IMG/VR virus record: IMGVR_UViG_3300028914_000075
Location: 5,957-69,956 of that record
DNA from: a virus
Taxonomy: Duplodnaviria; Caudoviricetes
Length of the DNA: 64,000 bases
Direction: 5' to 3' (one strand)
The first letter of the stretch is position 1, and each line of letters begins with the position of its first letter. Both the position numbers and the translations under genes were made by a program. This document shows positions 10,303 to 18,917 of this stretch, piece by piece. The notes below the pieces were generated by a model that did not search any database, had not been told where the DNA came from, and saw only the letters and a list, made by a program, of their open reading frames with translations.

Positions 10303-10320
10303 AATTAAAGGAATGTATTT

Positions 10321-11295
10321 ATGAGCAATATAATCGAACAGCAAGATTTGATGGCGACACCTGTGGACATTGAAACGTTCATAAAGGACCCGCAGTATCT
10401 AGGAAATATCGTCGAAGATGGTATTTACCCGTATTGGTTGGAGCAGTTCAAGAAAATCTATGCTGCTTCCGATGGTTCTCCGTTCTTCCTGTCTGAGTAT
10501 AGCGAAGTTCTGTTTGCGGGTGCTTTGGGAGCAGGCAGAAGTTTTGCTGCTATGGTAGGGTTCCTGTATGAACTTTACATCCTTACACTTGTAAAGGACC
10601 CGCACAAGAAATGGAATTTGTTGCCTACTACACCGATTGATTTGGCGGTCATTACTGCGGACGCAAGCAATACGCTTCTTTCCGACCGTATCTTGGACTG
10701 CATTTACGTGTCCCCGTATTTCAAGTCTATCCTGTTGCCGAATAAGGGTGACGCTCTTGAATCTGATATGTTCCCCAACCACGTGGGTCTTGCTCTTGGA
10801 GTGAATAAGCGTTCCTATCTGTTGGGACGTGCCTTTTTCGGGGCTATTGTGGATGATAGTTGCTTCCCGCAGGAAAAGCCTCTGTGCGACTTATGGATTA
10901 AGAATATATCCGAATTATACGAGTATACTTGGCGACGGGGATTTTCCAGGTTTGGTTGTGCAGGGACTACTCCGTTACGTATGTGGGTAGCCGTGGCTTC
11001 AAGTTCTCCTTTGTATGCCCTGGTTGACGAACGTAGAAAGCAAGGCTACGGTGTATACTATGTTTCCCCGTCTATATGGGAAGTCCATGCGTTCAAGGGT
11101 ATTTACTGCGGTGATACGTTCTCCGTGTTTGTCGGTTCCAATACGGAACCCCCGAAGATTGTTACGGACATAAACGACCTTGTGAAATACAAGGATAAAG
11201 TTATACAGGTTCCTGTCGAATATAGACATGATTTCGAAAAGAACATACGTGCCGCTGTTCAAGAATTGGCGGGCATTCCCGTCGCAAAGTTTTAA
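10321..11295 (+). CDS. terminase large-subunit ATPase-domain paralogue (truncated, degenerate)
   Basis: DIETFIKDPQYLG...IYPYW, Walker-A-like GALGAGRS, DP...L.P..PI and VPVEYRHDF...AVQELAG match jumbo-phage TerL N-domains; no nuclease domain. Confidence 0.7.
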   Translation: MSNIIEQQDLMATPVDIETFIKDPQYLGNIVEDGIYPYWLEQFKKIYAASDGSPFFLSEYSEVLFAGALGAGRSFAAMVGFLYELYILTLVKDPHKKWNLLPTTPIDLAVITADASNTLLSDRILDCIYVSPYFKSILLPNKGDALESDMFPNHVGLALGVNKRSYLLGRAFFGAIVDDSCFPQEKPLCDLWIKNISELYEYTWRRGFSRFGCAGTTPLRMWVAVASSSPLYALVDERRKQGYGVYYVSPSIWEVHAFKGIYCGDTFSVFVGSNTEPPKIVTDINDLVKYKDKVIQVPVEYRHDFEKNIRAAVQELAGIPVAKF

Positions 11296-11331
11296 CGAAC
11301 CGCTGTGCATTACAGCAAAGGAAACACTAAA

Positions 11332-11913
11332 ATGGCTACTAAAAAAGTTGCTCCGAAAACCGAAACCAAAGTCGCTCATAAAGTCAAGACGGTTGCCCCG
11401 AAGAAGGACGTGAAGTCTGCTACGAAGAAAGAAGTCAAGGCTGTCGCTCCGAAAAAGGCAGAATCTAAACGTAAGGCTAAAGCTGTTCCCGTCAAGACTG
11501 CTCCGAAGGATACAACTGCGTCAAGTGAAGAATATATACTTCTTGAGCATGATTTGCTCACGCAGAATTATACGATGATTATCCATGAAGCTGATTACAA
11601 GTTCAACGCTCCTCACCACTTCAAGGTCATCTCTGCACAACCCGACGCCGAAGGCGAACACAAGGGTCACAACCGTGTTATTGCAATCGTGGACTTTCAG
11701 GAAGGCCCCATCAAGGAAAATGGTGTGAATGGCGTTGCTAATGAAGATTTGCTTGGGATGGTTTTATGCCGTCTTGAGAATTTCCAAAAGTCCGAATACA
11801 AGTGCCGTGAAAATGCAATAGCCATTACGAAGATTGAAGAAGCCCTTATGTGGCTCCGCAAGAGAACTAATGCCCGTGTCAAGCGTGGCGTAGAAGGAAC
11901 ATCCAAGGTTTAA
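11332..11913 (+). CDS. tad1: Tad1-family immune-signal sponge with histone-H1-like N-terminal extension
   Basis: C-terminal DFQEGPIKENGVNGVANEDLLGMVLCRLENFQ...CRENAIAITKIEEALMWLRKRT...RGVEGT matches the Tad1 consensus. First ~60 aa are Lys/Ala/Pro-rich (KKVAPK repeats). ATG 11332 after AAAGGA. Confidence 0.85.
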   Translation: MATKKVAPKTETKVAHKVKTVAPKKDVKSATKKEVKAVAPKKAESKRKAKAVPVKTAPKDTTASSEEYILLEHDLLTQNYTMIIHEADYKFNAPHHFKVISAQPDAEGEHKGHNRVIAIVDFQEGPIKENGVNGVANEDLLGMVLCRLENFQKSEYKCRENAIAITKIEEALMWLRKRTNARVKRGVEGTSKV

Positions 11914-11928
11914 TGGAGGATTACTACA

Positions 11929-12225
11929 ATGGTTAAAAAGAAGAATATCAAGAAGACCCCCGTAAAGAGTGTTGCCGAAGTTATCGTTTCTCTTGAAGTG
12001 GAATTTGACGAAATTGCGGGCAGGGTTGAACGCTTGAATGCTGCGTTGAACTTGGGTGATGCCTTTATTCAAAAGGTAGGTGAGGAACAGTATGGGTTGC
12101 TTTGTGAGCAGTTCAATTCTATGCGGGACTACCGTGATACGCTTGCCGTTCGTCTTTCCTTGCTCCGTCGTGCGAATGCAAAGGTAATTGAAGCGGAAAT
12201 CAGTAAGAAGGAGGGTAAGGTCTAA
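11929..12225 (+). CDS. crAss001_48 / T4 Y16Q-like helical protein
   Basis: EFDEIAGRVERLNAAL...EEQYGLLCEQFNSMRDYRDTLAVRL fits the E..EL..RI..L...Q..LL..Q...M..Y...L..R family pattern; GGAGG RBS. Confidence 0.65.
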   Translation: MVKKKNIKKTPVKSVAEVIVSLEVEFDEIAGRVERLNAALNLGDAFIQKVGEEQYGLLCEQFNSMRDYRDTLAVRLSLLRRANAKVIEAEISKKEGKV

Positions 12226-12959
12226 TGGCTGATTCTACACAAGATACGCTTGCCCACAGACAGATGGTGGTTGACTATGCCACGACATTCTGCGAACGTC
12301 TTATGGATTTGGCAGAAAAGGGCAATCCTGTTTTGGCTGATTATGCTGCGGATTTCTGCGACGACATTATGAAGCGTGCAGAACGCCACGACGAGTCCAA
12401 GTTGCACGAACCCGAAAAGGAACGCTTTGATTACGTTGGCACCCATCAGCATCTTGGGAAGCACGAATACGGGTCCGATGAATACAAGAAGTCCTTGGAG
12501 TATCTTGGGCCTGCTTTACAGCATCATTACGAAGTCAATGACCATCATCCCGAACATTTCAAGAACGGTGTGGAAGGTATGAACCTTATGCAGCTTGTGG
12601 AATTGTTCTGCGATTGGGAGGCTGCTTGTCACCGCAACAAAAATGGAAACATATATCAGTCGCTTGAAAAGAACCAGGAACGCTTCAAGCTTTCTGAGGA
12701 CCTTTATGGCATATTGAAGACCACAGCCGACGAGATTGAGGGTAATACTGAATCTGTATCGGATGAAGATTTTTCTCTTGAAGGTCTTGTGTTGGAATGG
12801 CTTGATTGCCTTGCAGATTGCAAAGGCAATCTAGACGTAGACTTGTATGATTCTATAGAATTAAGCTGCGACAGTCATGGATTTTCCGACCAGGTGCATC
12901 GTATTGTGCTCAATACTGCAAATACTGCATATTGCAAAAATTTCAAACACCAAGAATAA
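12225..12959 (+). CDS. DUF5662-like HD-superfamily protein
   Basis: H...HDESK...HHYEVNDHHPEHF...M.L..LVELFCDW motif; C-terminal partial duplication. Confidence 0.75.
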   Translation: MADSTQDTLAHRQMVVDYATTFCERLMDLAEKGNPVLADYAADFCDDIMKRAERHDESKLHEPEKERFDYVGTHQHLGKHEYGSDEYKKSLEYLGPALQHHYEVNDHHPEHFKNGVEGMNLMQLVELFCDWEAACHRNKNGNIYQSLEKNQERFKLSEDLYGILKTTADEIEGNTESVSDEDFSLEGLVLEWLDCLADCKGNLDVDLYDSIELSCDSHGFSDQVHRIVLNTANTAYCKNFKHQE

Positions 12960-12970
12960 GGGATAACTCT

Positions 12971-13105
12971 ATGGTACAGAATAAACTTTCCATTTGTGAT
13001 AAGTGCAATTCTAAATCTTATTGTATGAATAGGGCAAGAGGTATTACTGATTGCGTTAACTACAATAAGTTCCCCAAGCCGTCCGCAGACGAATCAAAAC
13101 GATGA
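12971..13105 (+). CDS. 44-aa Cys-rich protein (putative Zn-binding)
   Basis: MVQNKLSICDKCNSKSYCMNRARGITDCVNY...; four Cys; ATGA overlap with the next gene. Confidence 0.5.
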   Translation: MVQNKLSICDKCNSKSYCMNRARGITDCVNYNKFPKPSADESKR

Positions 13106-13368
13106 ACTCCTACGCTAACAAACTGCTTGCAAGAGCCGAAGGTATTTGGCGCAGTCTAGGGCTGTCGCTTCAGGATAAGAAATTTTTTGAACAAGACGGT
13201 TATACGTCTATTGCTCTCTATTTCAACGACATTACACCCGCCCAGGCTGAAGTGCTTGTTTCTCAAATGAGCAAGGCGTTTAGGCGGGCGAATATCTATT
13301 GGAAGGAAGACGATAGCGGTAAGAAGATTTGCGTTGAAATCCCACCGTTGTATTTTTCGGACAGGTAG
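13102..13368 (+). CDS. hypothetical protein
   Basis: 88 aa, translationally coupled to the upstream ORF. Confidence 0.55.
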   Translation: MNSYANKLLARAEGIWRSLGLSLQDKKFFEQDGYTSIALYFNDITPAQAEVLVSQMSKAFRRANIYWKEDDSGKKICVEIPPLYFSDR

Positions 13369-13372
13369 GTGC

Positions 13373-13828
13373 ATGGAAGATGGAATTGATTGGGGAAGGC
13401 TTCGGGCACGTCTTCTAGAAACTCCAATAGTCGTAAAGCCGAAGCATGTAAAACGACCTAACCGTTCTCCCGAATCGTTGGAACGTAGGCGTGCGGCTGC
13501 AAGGGAACGTAGCCGGAAGGCCTATTGGGAGAACCGCGAGGAACATCTTGCCGCACAAAGGGCATGGGAGCAGGCCAATCCCGAAAAGGTACGTGCCAAG
13601 CGTAAGCGTTCCTATGACGCGCACAAGGATGACCCCGATTTCAAGGAAAAGAAAGCCCTACGGAACAAGGCATATAAGGACGCACATAAGGACGACTCCG
13701 AATACAAGGCAAAACGGGCAGAATACAGTAGATTGTACAAGTTAAAGCATAGGGACGACTCCGAATACCTGTCCAAACGGGCAGAGGCTTGCAGGCGGTA
13801 CAGGGCTAGAAAGAAGCTTGCTGCATGA
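13373..13828 (+). CDS. basic helical-repeat protein (putative nucleic-acid binding)
   Basis: Three HKDD/HRDD-x-EY/DF-K...R repeats; GACGACTCCGAATAC occurs twice at DNA level; no nuclease motif. Confidence 0.6.
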   Translation: MEDGIDWGRLRARLLETPIVVKPKHVKRPNRSPESLERRRAAARERSRKAYWENREEHLAAQRAWEQANPEKVRAKRKRSYDAHKDDPDFKEKKALRNKAYKDAHKDDSEYKAKRAEYSRLYKLKHRDDSEYLSKRAEACRRYRARKKLAA

Positions 13829-13975
13829 TAGGCTCCCTGCCGATATGTTCTGGGGCGCTTTTTGCAGTTACACGATTACTGGATTGTCCACAAAATAAGC
13901 TATATTCTGTTGGTGGGATTCCCTTATTGGGTTTATGGGGAGTTCATCGTACAATTTTTCGGATAGTGGGTTATT

Positions 13976-14179
13976 ATGAATAATATGCAGAAATGGTTCA
14001 AGTATATGCGAAAGAACAAGCCGCCTACCGCCAGCATGTATGTTCCGGAAATTGGGGAAGGCGCACAGGACAAGGTTCTTACGGCCAACGAGGACTGCAC
14101 GTCGTCATGGAAGACACTCGTTGCAGGCGAGATTCCACTTTCCGATGACGAATCAATCTGCATCATGAAGGATTCCTAG
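13976..14179 (+). CDS. small hypothetical protein
   Basis: 67 aa; contains the fibre-like KVLTANEDCTSSWK motif. Confidence 0.4.
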   Translation: MNNMQKWFKYMRKNKPPTASMYVPEIGEGAQDKVLTANEDCTSSWKTLVAGEIPLSDDESICIMKDS

Positions 14180-14188
14180 GGTCAGTGT

Positions 14189-14950
14189 ATGCGTATCGCT
14201 AAAGTCAACCAACATGTTTCTAGATTGGACGAGAAACTGTCCAAGCTAATCTATTTAAAGGAACATCCCAGGCGTCGTCTGAACGAATCCTTGTCCGATT
14301 GGGCGGAGCGTGAAGTACAGATAGCTTCTAAGAAAGAAGACGTTTATGGTTCTTCCTGTTACAAGTCGGCATTGAAGGCTTTTCGTTCGCTTATGGAGGA
14401 TGGGCACAGCGGATTTTCTATCGGTTGCACGAAAGCAATCTTGAACAGGTTGATTGACGGTCGTCCCCTTACGCCTATCAATGATACGGACGATGAATGG
14501 AATAATGTATCTAGTCCCTGGGGAGAACCTGGTCACTACCAGCATAACAGAGCTTCGTCCGTATTCAAGGAAATCAAGCCCGATGGCTCGGTTGAGTATA
14601 ACGATTTAGACAGGACTGTATTGGTCGAAGTTGAAGACGACGGTACGGAGACTACTTGGAACAGCGGACTTGCCTCACAGATTGTAGATGAAATTGTCGG
14701 ACCTATCACATTCCCGTATTATCCAAGTGTAAAGCCCTATAAGGTCTATGCACGTCAGTTTGATTCCGTGAATGCCGAAGTAGGTTGTTTCGATACCGTG
14801 CATGTGCTGAAGGTTGTTGACCCCGAAGGTAACGAGATAGCCTGTGAGCGTTTCTATGTCGAAGACGGGGACCGTGGGTTTAGGGAAGTTGGCCGTGAAG
14901 AGTATGCAGGGCGTGTCCTTTCGTATAGGAACGCCCTTCGTTGTGTGTAA
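14189..14950 (+). CDS. conserved phage protein (GHSGFS...RPLTP..D.DDEW family) with added basic leader
   Basis: Recognisable phage domain begins at SLSDWAERE, preceded by a 33-aa basic leader ending RRRLNES. Confidence 0.7.
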   Translation: MRIAKVNQHVSRLDEKLSKLIYLKEHPRRRLNESLSDWAEREVQIASKKEDVYGSSCYKSALKAFRSLMEDGHSGFSIGCTKAILNRLIDGRPLTPINDTDDEWNNVSSPWGEPGHYQHNRASSVFKEIKPDGSVEYNDLDRTVLVEVEDDGTETTWNSGLASQIVDEIVGPITFPYYPSVKPYKVYARQFDSVNAEVGCFDTVHVLKVVDPEGNEIACERFYVEDGDRGFREVGREEYAGRVLSYRNALRCV

Positions 14951-15007
14951 ATTAAAATTAACGTTAACTTGTATTTAGGTTTTGTTATATTGTTCGGAGA
15001 ACGAATC

Positions 15008-15253
15008 ATGGAGAAGGCTTTGGAGATACTTACAGGTTTATCAAGCATCATAGGAGTTCCTGCCACGATATGTCTGGCATGGACGGCCTTCATAATAAAA
15101 GACCATTCTAAGCGTATCGAACAGCTTGAGAAGGGACTGAAGGAAGCCGACAAGGACAGGGCCGGGGAACTAGCCCGTATCTACGACAGAATAGACAGGA
15201 TGTCTAACGACTTGGCGTATATCCGTGGCAAGATAGAAAAGGAAGACAAGTGA
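15008..15253 (+). CDS. membrane protein, holin/XhlA-like
   Basis: One N-terminal hydrophobic helix plus a coiled-coil tail ending LAYIRGKIE. Confidence 0.5.
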   Translation: MEKALEILTGLSSIIGVPATICLAWTAFIIKDHSKRIEQLEKGLKEADKDRAGELARIYDRIDRMSNDLAYIRGKIEKEDK

Positions 15254-15339
15254 CGAGTTAAGACAGTTTTTTGCTGTCCGTCTATATAGTCAATGGACAC
15301 CTGGGCGACTGTGTGTTCAGAAGCATCGGAGGGCCTACT

Positions 15340-15669
15340 ATGCTGTTACAGACATTGATAGTGTGCGCTATATTCATGACCCTGTTAGGCTTGTCTGTGT
15401 ATACTATCATAGTCGTACGACGGGCTTCCGAGCAGTTTCAGAGACTGGAGAAGTTGGTTAAGTCCCTACGGGAGGTAAGCACCAAGGCACGGTTCATGGC
15501 TTCTAATGCAAAGGACCATGTTTCTTCCTTGGAAACCGTTTTGCAGGACATGCAGTCGCAGATAGATATCCTGTTACAAGCTAGCTCCAACAATTTCAAG
15601 TCCGAGGTGAATGATGCAGACGGCGATAATAATATTGTCAATCCTATTGGCACTGTCGATATTGGCTAA
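15340..15669 (+). CDS. membrane-anchored coiled-coil protein
   Basis: N-terminal TM segment LIVCAIFMTLLGLSVYTIIVV then a heptad repeat; GGAGGG RBS. Confidence 0.55.
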   Translation: MLLQTLIVCAIFMTLLGLSVYTIIVVRRASEQFQRLEKLVKSLREVSTKARFMASNAKDHVSSLETVLQDMQSQIDILLQASSNNFKSEVNDADGDNNIVNPIGTVDIG

Positions 15670-15820
15670 TATTTTCCTTGCCATACGTGCCTTAGTGCAA
15701 AAAAATTACTTATCTTTAATGGATGCAAGGATGCGGGAGATAGAAATCCGTCTGTCTCCTAAAAATTCAAAAGGATTTAATCATGAACAAAAAACTGACA
15801 GCACTAAGAAACTTGATTGA
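15611..15820 (+). CDS. small membrane protein
   Basis: IIILSILLALSILANIFLAI TM segment; overlaps the previous gene. Confidence 0.5.
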   Translation: MMQTAIIILSILLALSILANIFLAIRALVQKNYLSLMDARMREIEIRLSPKNSKGFNHEQKTDSTKKLD

Positions 15821-16124
15821 TAAGCGCCGTGGAATCCAGCAGCCCGTATCCAAGCCCGTGCAGGATACCGTGGCACCGCAGGAAAATTCTGTCCCGCAGG
15901 TTGAAGAAAAGGGACAGGCTCCCGTAGAAACTGTCGTGGCTCCTGTAGTTGAAGAAGCCGTGGCAGAAGTACCCGTGGTGGAAGAACCCGTAGAGATTCC
16001 GCAGGAAGAAGTCCCTGTCGCAGTGGAAGAAGCTACAGTTCCGCAGGAAGTTGTGGATGTCCCCGAATCCGCGTCCAAGCCGAAACGTCGTAATAGAAAG
16101 AACCGTGAGGTTTCCAATGGCTAG
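15783..16124 (+). CDS. Glu/Val/Pro-rich low-complexity protein
   Basis: VEE/PVE repeats flanked by basic termini. Confidence 0.55.
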   Translation: MNKKLTALRNLIDKRRGIQQPVSKPVQDTVAPQENSVPQVEEKGQAPVETVVAPVVEEAVAEVPVVEEPVEIPQEEVPVAVEEATVPQEVVDVPESASKPKRRNRKNREVSNG

Positions 16125-16251
16125 CCAGAAAGTCGATGAAGTAGTAATCAAGGTCCCTCAAGGCACAAAGACGGTCAAGATTGAGTTCGGAAATACCCCG
16201 TCCAATGAAAACGTGAGTGGCAAGGGCGGTTGCAAGAAAATTTGTGATTAG
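16117..16251 (+). CDS. small hypothetical protein
   Basis: ATG 16117 overlapping the previous stop region; 44 aa. Confidence 0.4.
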   Translation: MASQKVDEVVIKVPQGTKTVKIEFGNTPSNENVSGKGGCKKICD

Positions 16252-16266
16252 TTCTACGGTATTTTC

Positions 16267-17166
16267 ATGGATATTTTACTGCCTTACGTCCGTAGTGACG
16301 ATGATGAATGGCTTGAAATTTTTCTTAAAGCCAAGAATCTTCATCCTCGTAACCCTAAGACGAGGCAGTTCTTTTTTATTCCGTTCAGACGGAGATATTC
16401 CGACCATGGCCTGTTCAAGTATTGGTGGCGGGCACTCGAACAGAACTATAAGTCTTTGGGAAAGGTACACCTGCTGCTTATGCAGCCTTCGCAGTTCCCT
16501 ACTTTCTTGAACAGGGATGACCCCCGTATAGTAGTTCATTATCATGACGAGTTCATACCCGAGAAGCATCGGCCCTGCTTCAATAGCAGCACTATTGAAT
16601 TGTGTGCTATAAAGGAACTGGGCTTGAAGGGTAATTTTATACTTGCAAATGACGACATGTACGTGAACTCCCCGGTGGATGATACGTTCTTCGAGCAAGA
16701 CGGAAAGCCGTTGACTTTCTATTCCAAGATGGATACGTACGGGGACTTCAATCAGTTCCGTAAGATTCTGCTTAACGGGCATAGGCTAGTGTCTGCGCAT
16801 TATGCCACAGACGTTCCATATTATGCATGGCATCACTTGTTCCAGGTATACAATGCCGAATTTTGCAAATCGTTCCTTGATAGCGAGTGGGACGCTATAT
16901 CAAAGGGCTTGGGTCAGTGGCGACGGGACGGTGACTATAACCACATGCTCTTGATGATGGCTCAAAATATAAGTGGGCTGTCCGTACACAGTGACAGGTT
17001 CCCGCATAAGGGTTATTACGAGATGCCCACGTTTACTCCGCAGGTGTATGCCGAGGCGGATACAAGGCACGTGGTTTGTTTCAATGACACCATGGGAAAG
17101 GATGACCGAACCACTAGGAAATATTTGGAAAGGAAATACCCGAATAAGAGTTCTTTCGAAATCTAG
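16267..17166 (+). CDS. Stealth-family hexose-1-phosphate transferase
   Basis: CR1 DILLPYV..DD.EW; CR2 LFKYW.RALEQN...PSQ.P.FLN..DPRIV.H.H.EFIP...PCFNS..IE...FILANDD; CR4 VCFND. Confidence 0.85.
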   Translation: MDILLPYVRSDDDEWLEIFLKAKNLHPRNPKTRQFFFIPFRRRYSDHGLFKYWWRALEQNYKSLGKVHLLLMQPSQFPTFLNRDDPRIVVHYHDEFIPEKHRPCFNSSTIELCAIKELGLKGNFILANDDMYVNSPVDDTFFEQDGKPLTFYSKMDTYGDFNQFRKILLNGHRLVSAHYATDVPYYAWHHLFQVYNAEFCKSFLDSEWDAISKGLGQWRRDGDYNHMLLMMAQNISGLSVHSDRFPHKGYYEMPTFTPQVYAEADTRHVVCFNDTMGKDDRTTRKYLERKYPNKSSFEI

Positions 17167-17181
17167 ATGGCTCCCCGTGTA

Positions 17182-17616
17182 TTATTTTCCTGCAAGTTCA
17201 TCTACATATTGCCAAATACGGTCATAATTTCCACAGGCCATCACGTCTACGAGTTTCGGTAGTTCTTTCTTGAAGGAAGCATCGTATTCGTTTATGTCCA
17301 ACGTGATATGTTCTTTTTCGCACAACCTCGCTATTTGTCTATCGAATGATTTGTTCTGAAGCTGCATTTTGGTAAAGTACATTTCGTTGATTGCCTTCTT
17401 TACCGTTTCGCGGCTGTTTCCCTTTTTCAAGTCCATCATACCGACGTTCCACAGAGCAGCTACAAGTTCGTCCTGCCAATGTTCGATGCATGGATGATTT
17501 GGCTCTCTTTGTGCGGCATATCTTACAAGAATCCAATGCTTGAACATCGGCATTAGCTGTCCCTTGGCTTCTTCCATTATTTCTTTGCGCTCGAACGCCA
17601 TTTCACGTATAATCAT
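17182..17616 (-). CDS. DUF29-like phage protein
   Basis: EMAFERK...KHWI...HWQDEL pattern; GAGAGG RBS; one of the few true minus-strand genes. Confidence 0.55.
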   Translation of the reverse strand: MIIREMAFERKEIMEEAKGQLMPMFKHWILVRYAAQREPNHPCIEHWQDELVAALWNVGMMDLKKGNSRETVKKAINEMYFTKMQLQNKSFDRQIARLCEKEHITLDINEYDASFKKELPKLVDVMACGNYDRIWQYVDELAGK

Positions 17617-17649
17617 GTGTAATCCTCTATCATGTCAACTACGCACGCC

Positions 17650-18873
17650 CTAAAGGGCGTGAGCTTGTACGGCTCCCACAGTTTCCATAGGGAGGCTTAC
17701 ATACGATTGGGTGGTTGACATGCACCCTGCCTTCCAGGTTCTCAATGCCCCGTCTAGGGGCGTCTTGAACGAGAAAGGATGTTTGCTCTTTCTAGCGATG
17801 TTTATGGCTGCATTCCAGTCGGCATCGAGGACAGTCCCGTTGGAACAATAGAACCTGCGGTTCCTGCGGGTTCCGTCCTTCTTGCCCGTTGTGCAGTCGG
17901 TATGGCTTGTCATGAACGGAGAAACTGTTTCTACCCGCTTTCCGGCGAGCAGTGCCTTGTATGACAAGATTTGCTTGAACTTGTAGAACGGTACTTGTGC
18001 CATCCTACGGTTGTGGTTCTTTTTCTTAAACCCTTCTTTGGTCTTGGAAGTCTTCTGCTTGATTCCGCTCAAATCTTCGAGGACTAGAATACTTGAATCA
18101 GTGCTTCCGATAATTGCATTGGCCATTCTGCGGCACATATCCGTGGATTGGTTCCGTTCTTTCCCGGACAGCGCGTATCTGTGCTTACGGGCAGACTTGG
18201 TACCCTTCTTCTGCAAGCATCTCTTTAGATAACGGAGCTTACGCCTACGGGCATTGTATTCCTTGCCGTTGAACATGATTCCGTCGGAAGTAATGGCAAA
18301 CCTGCGTTCACCCAAGTCCACCCCTATACAAGTTTCGTTCTGTAAAGGAATTTCGGGAACCTTGAACGGGATGGACATGTAGAACTTGCCATCCCTAATG
18401 AATATCGTGGGGTCTCCCGGAACGTATTTCTTAAACATTTCCTGCAAACGTGGATACGTTTTGAACGTGACGTGGCTACGGATACGCTTGGTGTTCGTAG
18501 TCAGCATGATTCCTTCCGCAGTTAGGTGGTTATAGAGAAACCGATTTAGTTTATGGCTCAGTTGCGTCTTTTCGGGTATTCTAGCGTCCTTATGCCCGTT
18601 AGACCTGATACTGCGGATACTACCTATTGCCGTTCTATAAATAGCTACGACGGCATTGGAAGTCAAGCCCGTGAAATTATTACGGAGATATGAATAGACT
18701 GCATTATGTACACTCTTGATATCTAAAGGAACATTGCTTTTGCAGATGATATTAGCGCATTCATTGTATGCGCTGCGGGCTTGTTGCAACAATTCAACAA
18801 AGTGAGAACGGCAGTTCTCGTCGGGGAATACTATCTCTACGTTGTAAGTTATGCAGGAATCGTTTCTTTTCAT
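17650..18873 (-). CDS. tnpB: TnpB RNA-guided endonuclease
   Basis: RuvC-I GVDLGE, RuvC-II LEDLSGI, RuvC-III DADWNAAINI; N-terminal helix pattern AYNECA. Confidence 0.9.
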   Translation of the reverse strand: MKRNDSCITYNVEIVFPDENCRSHFVELLQQARSAYNECANIICKSNVPLDIKSVHNAVYSYLRNNFTGLTSNAVVAIYRTAIGSIRSIRSNGHKDARIPEKTQLSHKLNRFLYNHLTAEGIMLTTNTKRIRSHVTFKTYPRLQEMFKKYVPGDPTIFIRDGKFYMSIPFKVPEIPLQNETCIGVDLGERRFAITSDGIMFNGKEYNARRRKLRYLKRCLQKKGTKSARKHRYALSGKERNQSTDMCRRMANAIIGSTDSSILVLEDLSGIKQKTSKTKEGFKKKNHNRRMAQVPFYKFKQILSYKALLAGKRVETVSPFMTSHTDCTTGKKDGTRRNRRFYCSNGTVLDADWNAAINIARKSKHPFSFKTPLDGALRTWKAGCMSTTQSYVSLPMETVGAVQAHAL

Positions 18874-18888
18874 ATATACCTATGTGTA

Positions 18889-18917
18889 AATATATAATAA
18901 TACAAGCGTTCTGTCAA
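18889..18917 (-). promoter_or_regulatory. sigma70-like promoter for tnpB
   Basis: Minus strand TTGACA-17 nt-TATATT, 15 nt upstream of the tnpB ATG. Confidence 0.7.

Noticed and set aside
10321-11295. The phage's functional large terminase
   Set aside because: No nuclease domain and both Walker motifs are altered; kept only as a paralogue.
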